Source: Orbicella franksi (lineage: Eukaryota). From it: a DNA stretch of 64,000 nt. The notes beneath the pieces were generated by a model. It saw only the letters and a program-made list of their open reading frames with translations. It made no database searches and was not told the DNA's origin. Within the stretch, counting starts at the first letter, position 1; each line of letters begins with the position of its first letter. Positions 52,801 to 63,847 of the stretch are shown here, one piece after another. The stretch spans positions 5,828,001 through 5,892,000 of the forward strand of contig OZ116706.1 in the NCBI GenBank assembly GCA_964199315.1, written 5' to 3'. The position numbers and the translations under genes were made by a program.

Positions 52801-53699
52801 CATGGCAACAACATAGTAGGTGTCATTCTGTTTCTTTTGTGATGTACATTGCTGGTGCCAAGTTTGAAGAACACTGCTTTAACATTTATAGAGTTATTCA
52901 AAAAGTGATCATCACCTTCATTATCGCCCTTACCTTCACCCTGAACGGTCACCAACAAACACCGTCACCACCAACCTGACCATCATCAACAATAACACTA
53001 TTAAATTACCGTTACTTCCATCTCAGGTGGTACAACCTTTGAAGCATTTTCCAGTGTTTGAACGGATGTGTAAAGACCTTAACAGCAAAAGGCCTGGTGA
53101 CTGGCCTTTTGCTGTGCGTATTTTAATACTGAAAGGCATTGATAAGTGCATTAAAGGCATTTGAACGATTGGTTTCGCATGAGGATTTCATCCAAGTTTA
53201 GTTATCTGGTGTGCAGAAATACAATCTATAAGTATTTTAAAGCGAGATTAACTGCTGTGAAACTTACCTTAAGACATTAAGCACAGTAAGCTGCACTGTG
53301 TAATTTGTAGACGCCATTTTTTCACGGAATCTAATGAGATTTGTTTGGGCAAGATAGTATCACTCGTCAAACGCGTTTGTTTGTTTGTTCTTGATAGATT
53401 CTAAACCATTAAGTAGCTTACTGGAGAAGGAATCTGACCTGCAAAAGATCTGTGAGTGTTTGGATACAAACATGGCAGGGGTTGGTCACTACCGAGCAGT
53501 TGCTCTGTACTATGGATCTAGTCATTGCCAGATAGTCTCGGTCTTCGAAAAGCACTGGGGAGGACCATCCAGAGCCTTAATAGAATCCCTTAAAGCTAAG
53601 AAACCAGAACTTACAGTGGCAGAGTTTGCCTCTGTGGTGAGAAAAGAGGCTAACAGGAACGACGTCGTTAAACTGCTAGAAGAATACAACTTAAAATAG
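46882..53699 (+). CDS. Chimeric TNF receptor superfamily gene C1: subtype-C ectodomain/TM/linker joined to a subtype-A death domain
   Basis: Exons 46882 (or 46963)-47001 (MKGCLVSVSFAML|gtgagt), 50601-51846 (CRDs, stalk, TM IVVILLIIAAALCVVLSISVIV, S/P-rich linker, CCA G|gtgag) and 53398-53699 (gatag|AT TCT AAA CCA, A2-like DD). The phase-1 junction keeps the frame. The final splice is inferred. Confidence 0.75.
48066..48268. mobile_element. ~200-bp palindromic MITE in C1 intron 1, absent from the C2 paralog
   Basis: tagactacgggtag...gaaagaaaaccgcgag...tggccgcgcgaaat / atttcgcgcggcca...ctcgcggttttctttc...ctactcgtagtcta forms one long hairpin. Confidence 0.85.
48705..49208. mobile_element. Young MITE with perfect TIRs and TA TSD, nested in an older repeat
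   Basis: tacagtaatagcccacgtataaga ... tcttatacgtgggctattactgta, a 24/24 match including the TA. It interrupts ...ggactatatgggTA|tgtgctgcggg.... Confidence 0.9.
50131..50358. mobile_element. MITE in C1 intron 1 (family of 33577-33817)
   Basis: ggttgttcaaagcccgatta ... ttaaccagcaatcgaacaacc imperfect inverted ends; absent from the C2 intron. Confidence 0.7.
52300..52905. mobile_element. Truncated repeat insertion with internal inverted segments in C1 intron 2
   Basis: Starts TTAAagtgcctatgaag. About 52506-52590 is an imperfect reverse complement of about 52793-52880. Not present in the C2 intron. Confidence 0.5.
53027..53104 (+). pseudogene. Broken remnant of the native subtype-C death-domain exon of C1
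   Basis: Homologous to 62238-~62330 with an intact ccatctcag acceptor. A 14-nt deletion (agctcgaggaaaag) causes a frameshift and a TGA at 53059-53061. Homology stops at ...aggcctggtgactgg. Confidence 0.85.
53398..53699 (+). CDS. Intact subtype-A death-domain exon captured downstream of C1
   Basis: DSKPLSSLLEKESDLQKICECLD...RNDVVKLLEEYNLK has 12 differences in 100 aa from the A2 DD exon (36667-36968). The acceptor and stop are conserved. Confidence 0.8.
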
Positions 53700-55182
53700 A
53701 ACATAAATCTCCTTGTATAAAATGAATTTGTAGAGTCATTTTAGATGCTTTTTCATCTTTAACAGTATTAAAATACTTTTATAGGAAATGTAAAGGTGCA
53801 AATAAGATCACGTAGTATGTCGATAAGTCCAAGATGAGGTCTTCAGTACAGGAGGAGATAGTCAGTGGTGAGAAGTGATCTGAACGGATTAGTTGACGCT
53901 AAACGTTAGAGGGAAAGGAATTTCTGAATGCAGGTCTAGTGTCACAAACTGGAAAAACTCTAGACTGCACTGACTCCGAGTATGGCCTTCCTAAATTCCT
54001 CAGTTTAGCCATACACATTCTATCTTCAAGTCGGCAGGATCTTGAGGGTATCTGACAGAAACGGTTCGCTGTTATTATATCATTCGTTATTTTTCGTTAT
54101 TAAAAACATTCCTTTTGTAATCCTTTTATTGATTTATTTTATTTTTTATAGAGCTATTTTTGTTCAATTTGTATTTAAGTGTGAATCGAAAGGAAGTCTC
54201 TCTAAAACAAATATTTAAAAAAAAAAACTGAAAGACAGACAACATAAACAGAAAACTGGACCGAAAAGTTTTATTGTAAGATGTATGTACTGTGTTGTGA
54301 GGAACAAGTATTGTATTGTAAAAGTTACTGTAATTAAGTAATGTAAAGGTAAGATAAGCAGTGTCGATAAAAAATCGAATAAGATCAAAATTTAAAAAAA
54401 TGCAAAAGATAAACACAAAAAGTGAAGAATAACAACAACAACAACAAAAACAATTCAAAACAAGAAACAGTAAACGAAACTGGTCAATGTCGGTGAAATA
54501 GGATGTTAATTATAATTATCAGAGATGTCTCACATTGTAAATGTTTTTAACACCATCGAAACCGTCCTATGGATAAAAATAACGTTTGCCTTTTGTGGGT
54601 TAATTTTCACAACTTTTAACCCTCTGTGAAAAGATTCGAATTGTTATTTTTTTCTGTCCAATTTTGGATATTTTCCAGTTCGCAGGCGTTATTTGTTATT
54701 TGTATCGTCACCCAATGCTTTTCCCTAAGCCACGGCTACCATGGAGACCAGCTTTTGGTTTGAGAAAGCTCTTTATGTTAAAATTTGGCCTTTTAAAGAT
54801 AGCTAACTTGACTGATATTTTACTTTAGGACCGTTAATCAGTTAGTAGGCTCGGGCTGGGCCCTTGTGACTGACACACCATGTAACTCTGAAACATAGAA
54901 ATCGAAAAAAAAAGAAAACGATTCTGAATCAGTAATTGCCTATCTTGCTATAATTGTTCTTCCGGTAAAATAAATCGCTTTATGGCAATAAAAGATCGAC
55001 GGTAAACAAAGTGTCTACGGCTGATAATTTTGGGGAATAAATAGAGATAAAAACGCATAGGAAACTGTCCAATTACAATTCAGTTGTAATCTATTAATTT
55101 GTCATGTTCCTTATTCAAACCGTCATTATTATTTTTTAAAAAAAGGAAAAGTGACGAAATTTCTTGTTATTAATTTAATAAC

Positions 55183-55671
55183 AATACACTTGAAAAAAAT
55201 TACTCGATTCTGATTGGCTAAGAGCGTGCAGTTTAAGTGTAACACCAGTGCAAAAAGTGTAACACCAGCGGAAATTACGAGATTACCAGACCCCTTCAGA
55301 ACGGTAAACGAATATCAGCCAAACAGCCAAATATTTTCGAACACCCGCAGCTCAACAATCACCCGAACCCTTGCGAAGATTACCAAAGATTACCCGTAAA
55401 TTACTGAAAATTTTCCAACATTATCGGACGTTTTCCGAATAGTTTCAATTATTAGTGTACAGCAAAGACCCTAATTAGTCTATTTTCGAGCGTGTTATTA
55501 ACAAGTAATCATATGACTATTCTCGTGCAATAACAGAGCACCTGTGAATTTTTCGAATACTACAATCTGCACTCACCCTATGGGTATGTGCAATTTTGTT
55601 AGCCCTTGAAAGATTTACTCGTGCTTATTCATTCCAAATTGCGTCGAAATCATGTGATTATCTGATACATA
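55183..55671. repeat. Interspersed repeat fragment (probable non-autonomous DNA element)
   Basis: Contains ttctgattggctaagagc, duplicated gtgtaacaccag and gtgcttattcattccaaattgc...gaaatcatgtgatta. I recall this as an abundant anthozoan repeat; it cannot be verified here. Confidence 0.35.
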
Positions 55672-56060
55672 TGTTTAGCCACTACAATGGACAAAGATTA
55701 TCTTACCCCTTTTTTTAATTGTAGTTATTTGTGGATCATTTTTGTCCAACGCTTTACCCTGGTCGATCGATCGATGTCTTGAAAGTTAATGCATCAATAA
55801 AAAACAACTCCCTGAACCGGAAGCAGTAAATTAGCATTTGTGCATTATTCGGAGTATATGCAACCTATTTGCACACTTAATAAAATTGTTTCTGCTAAAA
55901 GTCCAATTCCAAACCTTTTGTGGCTAGCGCATTTTCTGTTCGAAATGAAGCTTTTTACCTGCGAGCACAAACCCGTGACACATGAAAGCAAATTTTTGAC
56001 AGAGTTTTGTGAAAGACGATTTGCAAATCTCCGTAATAACTGACCTTCATAGCTAAACTA

Positions 56061-56145
56061 CAACCTGCGAGCAAGCTCTTCACATGGCAACTTCTCTTTC
56101 TCCTTTTGTACTTTCTTTCCCCACGAAGAGCCTGCTCGCAGGCTA
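56061..56145. mobile_element. Short MITE
   Basis: aacctgcgagcaagctctt ... aagagcctgctcgcaggcta inverted termini. Confidence 0.7.
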
Positions 56146-57916
56146 AAAATTTCTTCCTCCAAAGGGACATAACATTGCAGCCACGTTACTGATAGTTTAT
56201 AGATCCCGACGATAATTTATACGGAATGTGTGGACAATTGGCTTTATGCTTTGATTGTTTTGTCACGCATTCAGGTACGTTCTGTTTACAAGCTTATAGA
56301 GGTAGCTTCATAGAAATATTTTATAACAATAAAATACTTCAAGTCACAAGGAAATTAATATATTTGGGGTCTGGCGGTTCTCAGGCAGGTTTGTGCTGTT
56401 AAACTCAGGATTAAAGGGCGTTCGACGAAGCTTACGCTAAAACCGGTAATGCTACCTTCTAATTGTTTTGTAAAAGCGCCATATTTTGAACAAAGGCTAT
56501 CCCTGTGGTTGACCTTTGTAGAAATTGAGGACATTTAAACCGTAGGATGCAATACAATTCTCACTTTGTACAACTACATTTTTCTGTGTGGCACTTCTCA
56601 CAGATGCTGATATCCTAGTCTTATCCTCGCTAAATGCCTACTAATTCGACTCGGATTTCTCTTTAGTAAGTGCTCTAATATCTCATCGAGCTAATGGTCT
56701 TGAGCGGTTGATATATTCAGCAGACAATGATGAAGCATAGTTTACAAGCATTTGCGATTTCGTGCATATATTTCGAACTGTGGTTGTTTCAATGAAATCC
56801 ATGTCACTCTCAGTCGATTGAATCTACTTAAAAATTGTTCGTGTCCAAGATAGCTTGTGAAATTTTTGTGAAGTTTGTCTCCTTCTCTTAAGACTAAGCA
56901 GTATTCTCCTGGCACCATGTTTCATCGATTAGGCGGTATATGTTAGGGATTGTTCATAGTCTGTTATGGGGGGAGACAACTGTGACAGAAAGAAACAGTG
57001 AGCGTGCTCCCTTGCTTCATAACATTTTAGATTACTAGTGCCCCAGGTCAAATTTTTGATAAATCTCAGTTTAAAAATAAAGTTGTCTGTTATTGTTAAT
57101 AATTGTCTTAGATTTGCATGAGTGACATTTACCTCTGTCACGTGATCGAATCAATTTTCGCTGGTTCAATTGGCTTATAAAATTAAAACAACAATTAGTC
57201 AAAGTTACTTTTCAAATACTAGTGTCAACTTTAAAAACCGTAATGCCAATAAAATATAACATGTTAAAGCATTAATTATAGCTCATAACAAAATGGATTT
57301 AAATTACATGTCTTACATGACGAATTTTCGTGGTCAGCGCAACAGATAGTACTTATTTTTATGAACGAAATCCATCGAAATTACAACCGAAGATTAGAAC
57401 TTTCTCCAGCTTCGCTGCTGTCTTGAAGATTCACATCCGCAATCATAGGAATCCCAGTGCGCTCACCGCCTGACGCACAAGGTGTTTTGTACGTGATACT
57501 AATGTAATGAACTAAAGGTATTAGCGTTGCATGTTATGGTCGAGACATCACATAAAGCTCATATTTGTGACCGGGTCCTTTTTATTCTCTTCCCATTCTG
57601 GCACTGTTAAACGAACGTGCTCACCTGACACCTTGATATTGACTAATAAATTTTATTATTTCACCTTATTTATGGCCTCTTTGACGCTACCATAACTCGC
57701 TCCAGTAGGAAAGTGTCGGACGTGTCGTGACATTAGCGTTGTCATAAAAATAGTGTCGACGTGTATGTTATGATTTTGTGTGACGGAGGAATATTTTTAG
57801 AAGAGCACACGTATTCCTCAACTAATTTATTTTACCATGGGAAAATACCGATTTCCCGCCTACGACTTGATGACTAATGCATTCTTTGCATTGCTTCACG
57901 TTTTTCCGCTAGACGT

Positions 57917-57927
57917 GGGGAATCCCC
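57917..57927. promoter_or_regulatory. NF-kB site upstream of C2
   Basis: GGGGAATCCCC, 353 bp before the ATG at 58270. Confidence 0.6.
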
Positions 57928-58269
57928 GGCGTGAGCGACGCCAGTGTTAGTTTATGTTATCAGCTGTTAAATTAAAACAAGGCATAAGTTCGATGTTACT
58001 TTACAAGGTAAGTGGTACTATCTACAACGATATTGTTGTGTTGTAACTTATTGTTAGAGTGTCTTGGGATCGAAAGCGGAAGAAGTTAGAAGAGGAACAA
58101 TGTTCACTACAGAGACATGCCCAGTTGTCATATAGTCGTATAGTGTTTCATAAAAGGCGAATGTCGGCACTTGAAGGAACTCAGTTCAACCGGTAACATC
58201 TCAGAAGTTCTTCACTGTAACCTCGTGTTTTGTCCGATTCTCATCAAAGGAAATAATCGCCATTCCAAA

Positions 58270-61200
58270 ATGGGACAAAGAGTTCAACACTCAGCAAGCT
58301 GCATGTTGAAGAAATCTTGCTCCAAGGCTATCTTCACTGCCACGATGAAAAGCTGTTTGACTTTAATGATCTTCGTTATTTTGGTGAGTACAGAAGTTAC
58401 AGTCATTTATATTATTTCCAGTGATGATAATAACAGTATTACAAAGTCGCTTCACCCTTTTCTTTTCATTCTGGGATTAATATGAAATTGTGAAGATTTA
58501 GTTGATTGCTTGCTTAATATGCACAGTCATCATGTTGGGGAGGCTTACGGCCTTCCTGTTCGCTTGCCACTTAAATTTTAAAACTTGATAAAGAGGTCTT
58601 CAGTTTGGCTGTTCACTCGCAAAGAAATTCTCATCTCCCTTCGATCAGGAGAGAGATATTCTTAACTGAATGCTGAATTTTCGTAGTCTACATCTCTCAG
58701 GTAGATCAACCATACAGGTCACTTTACCAACTAACGAACGCTCGGCAGTATTTTACATCCAAAGTTAAAAAGTGCAAAGACACCCACGCATTGCACTTTT
58801 TAACTTTGGATGTCATATCTACGTTGACTGGACCAGACAGTACTCTATCTCCCTCGGTTGTATGCAAATTAGCTGGTTAAAATGGCATAATCTGTCGATT
58901 TTCGATTTGGGCTGTTCTGCATATTAATGGCGACCTTTCGTTGTTCACTTTCGATTCCAGTTTCCTCTTCAAAAAATATGGTTTGATATGTAATGAGAAA
59001 CTAACCTTGTGATTCATACTTGCTAGATTCATTGTGGAAGACTGATCAAAGTATACGTCTACGTGCAGGCTGCATAGAAGTGTAAAGAAGTAAAATAAGT
59101 TCATTGCTTCAATACGTGTAAGCCTTTAACGGCAACACAAGATCACATGACAGATATAAGCTGTACTCGTAATGTGAGACAAAACACTATTATTTGCTTC
59201 AATGTCTATTTTTTTCGCGAGTGGAATGTTCTACTATTATTTAGGAAGACAAGCGATCTTTTTAGGTTTATTAAGTGATATCTGCAGCTGTTTATCCGAA
59301 ATCTTGGGCAGAAACAATGACGATTCAGAGGTAAAATCGCATCAGGACATCAGCGAAAAATTACATCGATGACCTAACTCGGCGACAATGCCACATGCTG
59401 ATCACGAGACTCAGGAATCCAAGGTGATCTAGTCTGCTATTGGCAGAGAAAGCTCTTTGACAAGGTCGTCAAACTTGTTTCGTCGACTACGAATTACGAA
59501 TTTATTGTTTTTTTTTTCTCACACTTCACAGAAACGAAACATTACGTGACTGGGTCTCGGTTGCATCACCATCCTGAATAATGCGATATATAAACGCATG
59601 TAGATTTTGCGTAATCCTAAAACGAATACTCCGAGCTTGGACTAAAACTAAGACCCACTGAACTAGAACAACGACCCAGTAAAATCGAAAGCGATTGATT
59701 GTCTCCCAAAATGATCTTTAGTTACAAAAGTACTGTCAACGCTTTGTGACCAATGACCCCTCATATGCTCCCTCCCTTTCAACAGATTCAGCAGTCTGTA
59801 TTGCGCAAGATTACTCGATGGATTTCATTCGCCCTCTCGCATAGTTCTTTTCTATGCCCACTGGTGATGACAGAGATGTTGTTCTCATTCGATCGATAAG
59901 TTCGAGTTTGAGAGACCTATTGTAGAGTCCATTCGGTTATGGAAATGAAGGTACCAACATACAGAGAACTTCACATTGTAGCTATTCAGTCACCAAACTC
60001 TCAAGATAACTATGCTGATACATGTGCCACTCAACGGTGTCGAGATTTCAGGACTTCTAACTCATATTCGAGACGTCTCGTTGAAAGGGGGTTTAATATT
60101 TCGAACACAAGAAAACTTTGCTTTTTGTGCATGTGTTTTTGGCAAGTTCATTAGCAAGGAATTAACTTTTTAAAAACGTGCTTCTGATATCTACAAAATT
60201 TCTATTTAAAAACTGGCGTATTTCAAGTGCAGGTATAGTTTTGAATACAAAGTCTCCGTGAAATGGGGTGTAAAGCACCTAACACCCATCCCCGCCTTCC
60301 AGGGCTTAGTCAGCAGTCTCCTTCGAGTTTCCTACGCAGCCGTGAATCTAGTAACCAGTTCACTGTGAAAATACAACCTTAATGCATGGATAATAAGACA
60401 GGCACAACTTATAGATAATTTCCCTCAGTCTTCAGTTCTAACTGTAGTTTGCTCAACTTATTGTGTTTGTTGGAATCATACATATCTACTCACCTGGCGA
60501 CCAAAATGACACATTTTCTTTACTGACAGGTTTGTCGTGTTGGAGCAAACTTTCCCTGCAGACCTGAACAGATCCATTGGAATACTACAGTGGGAAAGAG
60601 ACCGAAATGTTTTGACTGTCCTGACTGTCTCCCAGGGACAGAGCCTTCAGTCCCGTGTGGGACCTCAGTAAACTACTGGCCAGACATTCACTGTGTTTCG
60701 TGCAAACTTGGCAAAACGTACTCTGACAAATATGACACATCGCAATGCAAGGCATGTACAATATGTTCTGATGGAAAAGCAGTTAAAAATAACTGCAACT
60801 TAACTACAAATACTAAATGTGACAGCAAATGTGGGCCCGGATTTTATACCGTTCTTTTGATATCTGGCTGTTTCCCTTGCACGCAATGTTGCGGCGATGG
60901 AAAGGATGAGTTTGCAGCGGAATGTGCGAATAACAAGAAGAAGTGTAAAGTGCGGCCTACGCCATGCACCCGTGTTCAGACAACGCCTTCGAAGCCAACC
61001 ACGCGTAATTACAGCACTTCTAAAACCTCACCAACAGTTCAGACAGCACGTGACAGAACAACAACGACGGTAAATGAAGAAGAGAAATCGGTGTCCGGAG
61101 AGTCCAGGATCTCGATCACGCCAACTTCGACTTTGGATAACGAAGTGCTAAGAAGTGAAAAAGTTGAGTCTGGAAAAGAAGATGGAATAAACATAGTTGT

Positions 61201-62578
61201 GATCCTGTTGATCATAGCTGCAGCATTATGTGTGGTTTTGTTCATCACGATGATCGTAAAAAGAGTCATGCCAGTAGGAGATATGTTACGACCATCCAGG
61301 GAGCAGGATTCAAATAATGAAGGCTGTAACATTTCCCAAGGAGGAACACCACCTCTACCCCATTCGTCGGCACGGTCTAGTCAGGATTCTGAAACACCTT
61401 TGCTTAATCGATCAGAGTCACCTCAACCAAACGGATCTACATTACCTCAGCATATGGTATCTACTCCACTACACACCAATGAAGCTGTATTATCTCAGCC
61501 GAATGAATCTGAATCGCCCAAACCCAATAGATCTGCCTCGCCTCATTCCAGGGATTCTTTATCACCTCAAGCAAGAGAATATGAACCACCCCAACCCAAT
61601 ATATCCAGATCTGTCTCGCCCCAGACTAGTGAATCTGTATCATCTCAACCCGATAGATCTGCATCAACTCACCCCAATCAATTGGCAGCAGCAGCGGCCC
61701 AGTCCAATCGATCTGCTCAAGAACAAGGCAAATCAAATCCAGGTAAGTAATTGTCGATAAAAAGCCAGCGTGGCTATCAAAGATTCATACTGAAGTACGA
61801 TCAGGCTCATAGCTTGCATTAAACAATAAAGTTGATTTACCTCTGGTGACAAAGGCAAAAAAGTGAAAACATAGTTTGGAGGTTTGATGATTGAAAATTA
61901 ATAGTGGGGTGAAAGAAAGAGAAAAGCTGCCCCTGAAGTTTTCGTTGAATCATTAATTTCAATTTAAAAAAAAAACAATATAATTTTCCACCTCTCTCCG
62001 ATTGAGGCGTTCACTTCAAATTATCTGGTCGCCACATGTATCACTGCTACAACCATCACCATGCACTTCCAAACCCACGAACACCAACTGATCCGCGGGC
62101 ACAAAAACCAGATCATCATTTTCACATCGCCCTTACCCTCACCCTCAGCCGCCAACGCAACTCCGTCACCAGCAACATGAGTAACATGAACATCATCAAC
62201 AATAACATTAATAAATTACCACTACTTCCATTTTTAGGTGATGTTACCCTTGAAGAGCTCGAGGAAAAGCACTTTCCAGTGTTTGAACGGATGTGTAAAG
62301 ACCTTAACAGCAAAAGGCCTGGTGAATGGTGGGACTTCGAGCGCTTAGCTTCCTGTTACGATAAGATTTCGCTCACAGATCGCAACTCCTTGAAAAACGA
62401 GTTTCAGAACGGTGGCGGAATTCCCTCTGACGTCTTAATGAGTCATATAAAGACTAAATACCCAGATCATACCGTTCGTCATCTTGTTAGGAATCTGCAA
62501 AGAATCGGAAGGGATGACATAGCACAAAGATTAATTCCATACACTGTGAGAAAACCTTCGTCCACTCAAGGGTACTAA
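58270..62578 (+). CDS. TNF receptor superfamily death receptor, subtype C, copy 2 (C2), ~530-555 aa
   Basis: Exons 58270 (or 58345)-58383 (MKSCLTLMIFVIL|gtgagt), 60530-61742 (CRDs, stalk, TM, S/P-rich linker, CCA G|gtaagt) and 62238-62578 (tttttag|GT GAT GTT; death domain ...GRDDIAQRLIPY). The frame is continuous. Confidence 0.92.
58755..58813. repeat. Perfect 23-bp inverted repeat with 13-nt spacer in C2 intron 1
   Basis: acatccaaagttaaaaagtgcaa / ttgcactttttaactttggatgt. Confidence 0.9.
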
Positions 62579-63670
62579 TGGATTGATCTGGGAAGGGAGT
62601 TCTGTACAGTAAATTACGTCCAAGCACCTGGAATGAAAGTTTTAAAGCCAGAAATAAAATATGTTTGTTCAGGTCATAAACAATTTTCCTACAGAGGAAA
62701 TAAGGAGGAGAATGGTTCTCTGATGCATTATTAGTTTCTTCGAATAACTGTTTTTGGAAATCTATACGAAGACAATGATTATTTTAAGAGAGACGTCTCA
62801 TTAGTTAAAATTGTCAGTTACTTACTACCACAGCTCGTCGCATAATCCGCGTTTTTCTTTTTGTGGGTGTATCTCCTCATCTATTCATTCACTGGTCAAG
62901 GACTTCAATTGCTTTTTTTCCTGTTTCTTTTTTGGCTAGTCTCCAGTTCGCAACCGTTATTTGCGTTGTCACATAACGCTTCTCCCTACGGCTGCGAAGG
63001 ACACTAGTTTTTGGCTTGAGAACGTTCTTATTTTAAAAATTGTCCTTTTAGAGTTAAGGAGTTAAAATAAATTTTTATTATAGGACTGGGGCATTTGCAT
63101 GTCTGCTTGTATTGTAAAATATAATAGAACCTGGAGGCAGGGCTCCAAGAAGGAAATTTAAATGCTGAGGGCAAGCGAAATAAATAAAATAGGAAATGAA
63201 AATAATTAATGAGCAGGGGAAAGACGATGATTCAGTCAAGAAGCATATGTAACAAATTAAAATACCATATCATTTTATTCTCACCGGGGCCCGCACGAAC
63301 AAGCACCCTAATTTTATATTCGACGGGCCCAGTTGTTTCTGGTTGTCTAATGTTATGCCACTGTACTTTGTCTTCTCGTAAATTGCTGGAGACCGGTCTC
63401 ACGGATCGGCGACCTTCCCTCCTCCCCCAACGATAACTTTCACGCCCGCATACTTAGAGCACTTGTTCCCTTTTACCCCCGGGCTAACCTCGTTTCCCAT
63501 AACTTAACAATGCCCGGAGTGATTAAGAGTAAGGGCCCCGGTGGGAATTAGTTACTGCTTTCATTGCGGTCATATTGGTGTTTCCAAAGAACAGAATTAT
63601 ATTTTCTCTTAATTTAGAGAACACCATCATGGTCGTCGTGACGTCATGTGAAAACCCCGGGATTTTTCTT

Positions 63671-63847
63671 TAGTGGAACCTCTATTTAACGAACCTCTAT
63701 ATAGCGAAGTCCTCGATGTAACGAACGATTTTCCTGGCCCCACTAAAAGTAAAATATATGGAAAAGAACCTCAATACAATCAATCTCGTTATAGCGAACA
63801 TATTTTGGCAGCTCCTTGGCCCTTCGTTATATCGGGAGGTTCCACTA
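63671..63847. mobile_element. Tc1/mariner-type MITE
   Basis: tagtggaacctc ... gaggttccacta terminal inverted repeats. Confidence 0.8.

Noticed and set aside
56630-56930. Possible decayed minus-strand coding fragment (MVPGEYCLVLREGDKLHKNF...)
   Set aside because: It is short and interrupted, with no recognisable motif and no supporting exon chain.
62036-62237. N-terminal 67 aa of the 180-aa ORF (His/Asn-rich)
   Set aside because: This is intronic low-complexity (CAT/AAC-rich) sequence upstream of the true acceptor at 62237; the C1 paralog is not conserved as coding there.
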